The notes beneath the pieces are model-generated. The model made no database searches. It saw only the letters and a list, made by a program, of their open reading frames with translations, and was not told the origin of the DNA. 9,709 nucleotides of DNA from a virus (taxonomy: Duplodnaviria > Heunggongvirae > Uroviricota > Caudoviricetes). Numbering within the stretch: the stretch's first letter is position 1; every line of letters begins with the position of its first letter. The stretch lies in IMG/VR virus record IMGVR_UViG_2529292908_000016, one strand, 5' to 3'. The position numbers were made by a program, and so were the translations under genes. This document shows positions 5,516 to 9,709 of the stretch, piece by piece.

Positions 5516-6018
5516 GCATCAGAACCTACGCAGTGAATTGCAATGACGCATGGCTAAACACCGAAGGTGATGACATCTCCGGCTCATACGTTAAGTACAA
5601 AGACCATCAGGAAGTGGTTGCCGCTCTTGAGGCCAAGTGCGCGGCGCTGGCAGCGGAGAATGCGGGAATAAAGTCTGCAATTCCAGAATCACGGGATATT
5701 GAAGATGACAATGACAATATGGATGACGTATCTCTCGCGGAAGACTTCGGGTTCAATCATGCAATAGAACGGATGAGGAGACAGATACCTGAAACGCCAA
5801 CCACTGATGCTTTCCTGGCTGAAGTCCGGGCGCAGGGGGTGGATGCTGCTATAGAAGCTGCAAAAAATCTGGTGGCCCAAGAATATGAGTATAAGGATTT
5901 CAAAGCGGCGCAGAGTGATTGCTGTATGTACCCTGGTTCAGACCTGGTAGGGAAGGTTGAAATGACTGAGTGGTTAGTTGACTTTGCTGCCCAGCTTCGC
6001 AAAGGAGGCAACCAGTGA
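5512..6018 (+). CDS. Hypothetical protein (168 aa) with an Ala-rich predicted coiled-coil segment
   Basis: GGGAGAG Shine-Dalgarno 7 nt before the first ATG (5512) of track ORF 5455..6018. Segment HQEVVAALEAKCAALAAENAGIKSAIPE. Stop TGA overlaps the GTG start of the next gene (GTGA). Confidence 0.6.
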   Translation: MSIRTYAVNCNDAWLNTEGDDISGSYVKYKDHQEVVAALEAKCAALAAENAGIKSAIPESRDIEDDNDNMDDVSLAEDFGFNHAIERMRRQIPETPTTDAFLAEVRAQGVDAAIEAAKNLVAQEYEYKDFKAAQSDCCMYPGSDLVGKVEMTEWLVDFAAQLRKGGNQ

Positions 6019-6692
6019 GCGAAATTAATTACCAGGCACTGCGTGAGGTGGTGGAACGTGCAATTCCAGCAATGGAACGCCTGTTAATGTTGCCAGTTGA
6101 TGATGATTTGTTAAGTGAACAGGAACTTAAAGATTACGGTGTGGATATTGATGCGCTCAACGCCTTCAAATTTCTGACCGGACCAGAAACCGTGCTGGCA
6201 CTGCTGGATGAGATCAACGCATTAGAGGAAACGCGTATCAACGATGTTTGCCGTATTGCGGAACTAACAAAACAACTGGAGTTGGCAAAATCAAAACTCA
6301 ACGAGCAGCGTGAGTATTACGAAGGTGTTATCTCGGATGGAAGTAAGCGTATTGCTGAACTGGAGAAAAGCGAAGAGCAACTCATTAACGAGCGTGACCA
6401 TGCTGAGTCTGCTTTAGCTGATATGTATTTTGCAGCAACCGGGGATAGGCCTGAGTGGAGTAACTGGTTCGGTTTTTCAGATGCAGTAGATGCCGTAGTT
6501 GACAGAATTGCTGATTTAGAAGCTAAACAGCCATCGCCAGTAGTACCTGAAGGACTGATTAAAGCGGTGCGTTTTTATGAGCAGGTAAAACGTGAGAACC
6601 CGCCAGTCGAAACCGGAGCATGGAAAGACGCTGTTGACTGGGTGCTCAAAGAGGCTTGCCAGGCTGTAAACATTGGCATCAAAGGAGAGTGA
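6015..6692 (+). CDS. Ead/Ea22-like family prophage protein (225 aa), coiled-coil rich
   Basis: AAGGAGG 7 nt before GTG at 6015. N-terminus MSEINYQALREVVERA and the coiled-coil middle (LTKQLELAKSKLNEQREYYEG...ELEKSEEQLINER) match my recollection of the Ea22-like family. This is a recalled family assignment, not a search result. Confidence 0.65.
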   Translation: MSEINYQALREVVERAIPAMERLLMLPVDDDLLSEQELKDYGVDIDALNAFKFLTGPETVLALLDEINALEETRINDVCRIAELTKQLELAKSKLNEQREYYEGVISDGSKRIAELEKSEEQLINERDHAESALADMYFAATGDRPEWSNWFGFSDAVDAVVDRIADLEAKQPSPVVPEGLIKAVRFYEQVKRENPPVETGAWKDAVDWVLKEACQAVNIGIKGE

Positions 6693-6694
6693 GG

Positions 6695-6808
6695 ATGTTC
6701 AATAATTTGCCTGGTACTGGTTTTTCGTTGTTTTCGGTGTCATTTGCGCCGTTATTGGTTGGGCAGTTATTGAGTCCATTCTTTGGCTGCTTTCTTTCAT
6801 TCACATAA
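6695..6808 (+). CDS. Small hydrophobic peptide ORF (37 aa): MFNNLPGTGFSLFSVSFAPLLVGQLLSPFFGCFLSFT
   Basis: ATG 2 nt after the stop of the 6015..6692 gene, with AGGAGA at 6683..6688. Composition is strongly hydrophobic, consistent with a single membrane-spanning peptide. Below the track size cutoff. Confidence 0.3.
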   Translation: MFNNLPGTGFSLFSVSFAPLLVGQLLSPFFGCFLSFT

Positions 6809-6829
6809 CTATTGGTTGAGAACTGACCC

Positions 6830-7621
6830 ATGACCACTTTAACCGACAAAGAACTGATTAAAGAAATCAAAGAGCGTATAGGCAGCCTGGACATCCGAGA
6901 CAATATTGAGCGTCGGGCTTATGAAATTGCTCTGGCATCGCTGGAAGCAGAGGCAGTTATGTTCTGTATATCAGGACAAAATGTAGATTCAGAAGAACAT
7001 GTATCAACCAGCAAAGCGGTTGTTGATGCCTGGGTTGAAGAATGGAATCAGGTTGACAGAAGTCCTGGCGAACCACTGTACAAAACTATGCCACTCTACT
7101 ATCACGCTGCCTTGCCAGCGCCGGTAGTGCCGGAAGAAGCAACTCCGGAAAACGTAGAAATGCTCTCTGGCTATGTTTCCACGTACAAATTAACCGATAG
7201 CGAGCGCGATATTGCTGCCGAAATATGGAACGCCTGCCGCACCGCCATGCTTCAGTCCGGAAACTTTCGGGAAAGCAAGAATTCGTCAACCAATAATTTT
7301 CGGGAAATCCCGGAAGCGTCAACCAGCTCTCCGGTAACTCCGGCTCTTCTGCCTGGTGGTTTCACCATTGAGGAGGCGAAGGAATTACATGAAGACCTGG
7401 TACGCAGCCACATAAGCAAGGCCTTAAGTGGCGAAAAGATGAAAAAGAAAGATCGCGATGCTGATTTGCGCTGGATTCATGGCGTTATAGTTCAGGCAGC
7501 GTGGTTTGTAAAAGCATCACTGGAGCAGAATGCACTATCGGGCAACTCTCCGGTAACTCCGGATGGTTGGATAAGCTGTAGTGAGCGAATGCCGGACGAC
7601 AGGCAGGAGGTGAATCAATGA
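6830..7621 (+). CDS. Hypothetical prophage protein (263 aa) with internal repeats; C-terminus resembles the start of a DUF551-type domain
   Basis: Long ORF in the operon. Contains two exact 17-bp direct repeats encoding SPVTP and a duplicated NFRE motif. Ends with GWISCSERMPDDRQEVNQ, which resembles the W-[IV]-S-x-x-[DE]-R-[LM]-P opening of DUF551 as I recall it, cut short by the stop. Confidence 0.7.
   Translation: MTTLTDKELIKEIKERIGSLDIRDNIERRAYEIALASLEAEAVMFCISGQNVDSEEHVSTSKAVVDAWVEEWNQVDRSPGEPLYKTMPLYYHAALPAPVVPEEATPENVEMLSGYVSTYKLTDSERDIAAEIWNACRTAMLQSGNFRESKNSSTNNFREIPEASTSSPVTPALLPGGFTIEEAKELHEDLVRSHISKALSGEKMKKKDRDADLRWIHGVIVQAAWFVKASLEQNALSGNSPVTPDGWISCSERMPDDRQEVNQ
7327..7343 (+). 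repeat. 17-bp exact direct repeat CTCTCCGGTAACTCCGG, copy 1 (inside CDS)
   Basis: Identical 17-mer found again at 7546..7562; the 219-bp offset keeps both copies in the same reading frame (SPVTP). Confidence 0.9.
7546..7562 (+). repeat. 17-bp exact direct repeat CTCTCCGGTAACTCCGG, copy 2 (inside CDS)
   Basis: See copy 1 at 7327..7343. Confidence 0.9.
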
Positions 7622-7701
7622 GCTGGCCTGATGCAATCGTAACTCTGGGGGTGGTATTCGCAGCAGCGTTTGTTGTGTTCTCGATTTGTCGATGGGGATA
7701 A
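7618..7701 (+). CDS. Small hydrophobic peptide ORF (27 aa): MSWPDAIVTLGVVFAAAFVVFSICRWG
   Basis: Canonical GGAGG (7606..7610) 7 nt before ATG at 7618. The ATG overlaps the upstream gene's stop (ATGA) and its own stop is 4 nt before the next ATG. One predicted transmembrane span. Below the track size cutoff. Confidence 0.4.
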   Translation: MSWPDAIVTLGVVFAAAFVVFSICRWG

Positions 7702-7705
7702 CCAC

Positions 7706-7948
7706 ATGTTCGCTTTGATTCAACGCGGTCAGATATACACGGACAGAGCCGGATACCCCGTGGTGATTACTCGCATCACTGAGCACTCAGTGTTCTTTCG
7801 ACGGATGGACGGACGATCCGGGCGGGTACGCATTGGTGAGTTAAACTGCCTGTTCGAACATATTGACCACCAGGAGTACCGCAAAATTCTCGCGGACACT
7901 GAGCAGGAAAAGCACCTGAAAAAATTACGAGCCATAAAAAGGAAGTAA
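7706..7948 (+). CDS. Small prophage protein (80 aa), possibly DUF4222-like
   Basis: First ATG of track ORF 7670..7948, with GGGGA 7 nt upstream. MFALIQRGQIYTDRAGYPVVITRITEHSVFFRRMDGRSGRVRIGELNCLFEHID resembles small beta-rich prophage proteins found next to xis/int. The family name is from memory and unverified. Confidence 0.55.
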   Translation: MFALIQRGQIYTDRAGYPVVITRITEHSVFFRRMDGRSGRVRIGELNCLFEHIDHQEYRKILADTEQEKHLKKLRAIKRK

Positions 7949-7951
7949 AGA

Positions 7952-8098
7952 ATGAATAAAGCATTTGAACGATGGGTCCACCAGCGTTACGGCAATCGCT
8001 ATGACCTGACGCGAGATGTTGACGGCTTCTACTGTCGTGAAGTTGTGAAGCGAATGTTTGAAGTGTGTTGCCACTGCCGTGGGCTGAGTGTTGTGTGA
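7952..8098 (+). CDS. Small Cys-rich protein (48 aa): MNKAFERWVHQRYGNRYDLTRDVDGFYCREVVKRMFEVCCHCRGLSVV
   Basis: AAGGAAG Shine-Dalgarno before ATG at 7952, which lies 3 nt after the upstream stop. Contains C-x9-C-C-x-C, a possible metal-binding cluster. Ends 8 nt before the excisionase-like gene. Below the track size cutoff. Confidence 0.4.
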   Translation: MNKAFERWVHQRYGNRYDLTRDVDGFYCREVVKRMFEVCCHCRGLSVV

Positions 8099-8106
8099 GG
8101 TAATAC

Positions 8107-8343
8107 ATGGGCAATGTGATTCAACTGGCTCCCAATGAATGGGTTTGTGAAAGCGTTCTTATCGCAATTACCGGGCTCAAACCAGGCACAATTCTTCGGG
8201 CCCGGAAAGAATGCTGGATGGTTGGAAGAGAGTATATTCACGTATCACCAGACGGTAATCCAAAGCCTTCCAGTGAATGTATGTATAACAGAAAAGCAAT
8301 AGATGCCTGGGTCGCCTCAATGAAAAACAAACAACCCAGGTGA
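8107..8343 (+). CDS. xis: Excisionase-like small DNA-binding protein (78 aa)
   Basis: GAGGT Shine-Dalgarno 5 nt before ATG at 8107. Lies immediately upstream of the integrase on the same strand, with size and basic/aromatic composition typical of winged-helix excisionases. The call rests on position and composition, not a verified domain hit. Confidence 0.65.
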   Translation: MGNVIQLAPNEWVCESVLIAITGLKPGTILRARKECWMVGREYIHVSPDGNPKPSSECMYNRKAIDAWVASMKNKQPR

Positions 8344-8398
8344 TTTAATATCATGAAATATGTAAGCTCGTATCGCTCTTGGGCGTCTGGAGGTATCG

Positions 8399-9709
8399 AT
8401 GGATAAAGTCAAATATCCAACAGGCGTCGAAAACCACGGCGGCACATTACGCATCTGGTTTAATTTTAAAGGTAAACGTGTCAGGGAAAATCTTGGTGTC
8501 CCTGACACTGCCAAGAACAGGAAGATCGCCGGGGAACTGCGGACATCAGTATGTTTTGCCATCCGCACAGGAAGCTTTGATTATGCTGCACAGTTCCCTG
8601 ACTCCCCCAACCTTCAGGCTTTTGGGGTAAGTAAAAAAGAAATTACGGTGAAGGAACTTGAAGAAAAGTGGCTGGATCTGAAACGAATGGAAATCTCTGC
8701 AAATGCATTCAATCGCTATGAATCCGTTGCAAGAACGATGGTTCCGAAAATTGGAGGCAGTAGACTGGTGTCATCGGTAACCAAAGAGGAATTGCTGTAT
8801 ATCAGGAAAGATTTGCTGACCGGGTATCAGAATTCAATGAAAAACAAAGCAGCAAAAGGACGGAGCGTTGTTACTGTAAATTATTACATGACGACAATCG
8901 CTGGAATGTTTCAGTTTGCTGCAGATCACGGTTACTTAGAAGCAAATCCCTTCCAGGGAATTAAGCCTCTTAAAAGAGCCAGGGCAGAGCCAGATCCGCT
9001 AACTCGTGACGAATTTATTCGCCTGATAGATGCTTGCCGACATCAGCAGACGAAAAACCTGTGGTCATTGGCTGTGTACACAGGAATGCGTCACGGTGAA
9101 CTGGTCTCCCTGGCCTGGGAAGATATCGATCTGAAGGCAGGAACAATTACCATCAGGCGCAATTATACGAAACTTGGTGAGTTCACTCTACCGAAAACTG
9201 AAGCAAGCACAAACAGGGTTGTGCACCTTATCCAGCCCGCTATCAGTGTCCTGAAAAATCAGGCTGAAATGACAAGACTGGGTAAGCAGTACAACATCAA
9301 GGTGCAACTACGTGAATATGGACGTTCAGTGAACCATGAATGTACTTTCGTGTTTAACCCTCAAGTGGTTAGAAAAAGCGAACAGGTAGGTTTTGTCTAC
9401 AAAGTCGATTCTGTAGGTGACTCATGGGAAACAGCCATTAAGCGTGCAGGGATCAGGCATCGAAAGGCATACCAGTCACGACACACTTATGCGTGCTGGT
9501 CATTATCTGCCGGAGCAAACCCAAGCTTCATTGCCAGCCAGATGGGCCATGCAAGTGCCCAGATGGTATTCAATGTATACGGAGCATGGATGACTGACAG
9601 CAATGCAGAACAGATCGCAATGCTGAATCAGAAGCTGACAGATTATGTCCCAATGATGCCCCATAGTCACCAAAGTGACACCAGAGGCTTATTAAAATCA
9701 GTAAGTTAA
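8399..9709 (+). CDS. int: Tyrosine-type site-specific integrase (436 aa)
   Basis: GGAGG Shine-Dalgarno 5 nt before ATG at 8399. Catalytic-domain hallmarks are present: TGMRHGEL (box I Arg), SRHTYACW (H-x-x-R region) and MGHASAQMVFNVYGAW (catalytic Tyr). The N-terminus YPTGVENHGGTLRIWFNFKGKRVREN looks like an arm-type DNA-binding domain. Stop TAA is the last codon of the window. Confidence 0.9.
   Translation: MDKVKYPTGVENHGGTLRIWFNFKGKRVRENLGVPDTAKNRKIAGELRTSVCFAIRTGSFDYAAQFPDSPNLQAFGVSKKEITVKELEEKWLDLKRMEISANAFNRYESVARTMVPKIGGSRLVSSVTKEELLYIRKDLLTGYQNSMKNKAAKGRSVVTVNYYMTTIAGMFQFAADHGYLEANPFQGIKPLKRARAEPDPLTRDEFIRLIDACRHQQTKNLWSLAVYTGMRHGELVSLAWEDIDLKAGTITIRRNYTKLGEFTLPKTEASTNRVVHLIQPAISVLKNQAEMTRLGKQYNIKVQLREYGRSVNHECTFVFNPQVVRKSEQVGFVYKVDSVGDSWETAIKRAGIRHRKAYQSRHTYACWSLSAGANPSFIASQMGHASAQMVFNVYGAWMTDSNAEQIAMLNQKLTDYVPMMPHSHQSDTRGLLKSVS

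Noticed and set aside
5267-6011. Minus-strand track ORFs 5267..5455, 5689..5880 and 5757..6011
   Set aside because: Antisense to the plus-strand Ea22-like genes, which have ribosome-binding sites and ATGA/GTGA coupling; no features of their own.
6679-8630. Minus-strand track ORFs 6679..6903, 7086..7322, 7535..7786, 7729..7935, 7776..8114, 8029..8241 and 8317..8568, and plus-strand 8379..8630
   Set aside because: All antisense to, or frame-shifted within, plus-strand genes with good start signals (the 263-aa gene, the small ORFs, xis and int). The 8379..8630 ORF is an alternative frame over the integrase start.
1-9709. Searched for CRISPR arrays, tRNA or rRNA genes, and IS or transposon terminal inverted repeats
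   Set aside because: No array of regularly spaced direct repeats, no cloverleaf-compatible tRNA-like segment and no transposase-like ORF flanked by inverted repeats was seen. The only repeats are the short in-CDS repeats and the operator-like motifs reported above.

Overview
This window reads as the regulatory-to-integration arm of a lambdoid-type enterobacterial prophage; all calls are from reading the sequence and ORF track by eye, with no database searches run. Right to left: a tyrosine integrase (8399..9709) ends exactly at the window edge, preceded by an excisionase-like gene, so the attachment site should lie beyond position 9709. Upstream on the same strand is a tightly packed, often overlapping string of small genes (Ead/Ea22-like modules, a repeat-containing 263-aa protein, several very short ORFs). 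Further left is a block of unrecognised cargo genes (3162..5075), then an XRE-type HTH protein and a CI/LexA-like repressor (HTH plus S24 peptidase). The repressor is divergent from a leftward operon that contains a winged-helix regulatory protein and a clear Rha-domain gene running off the left edge. The most checkable non-coding signals are a repeated CAAAGTATC(AA) operator-like motif in both control regions and a strong plus-strand intrinsic terminator with no plus-strand gene to terminate, which may mark an oop-like antisense RNA. No tRNA, rRNA, CRISPR array or IS element was seen. Functions of the cargo genes are unknown and any defence or anti-defence role is inference only.
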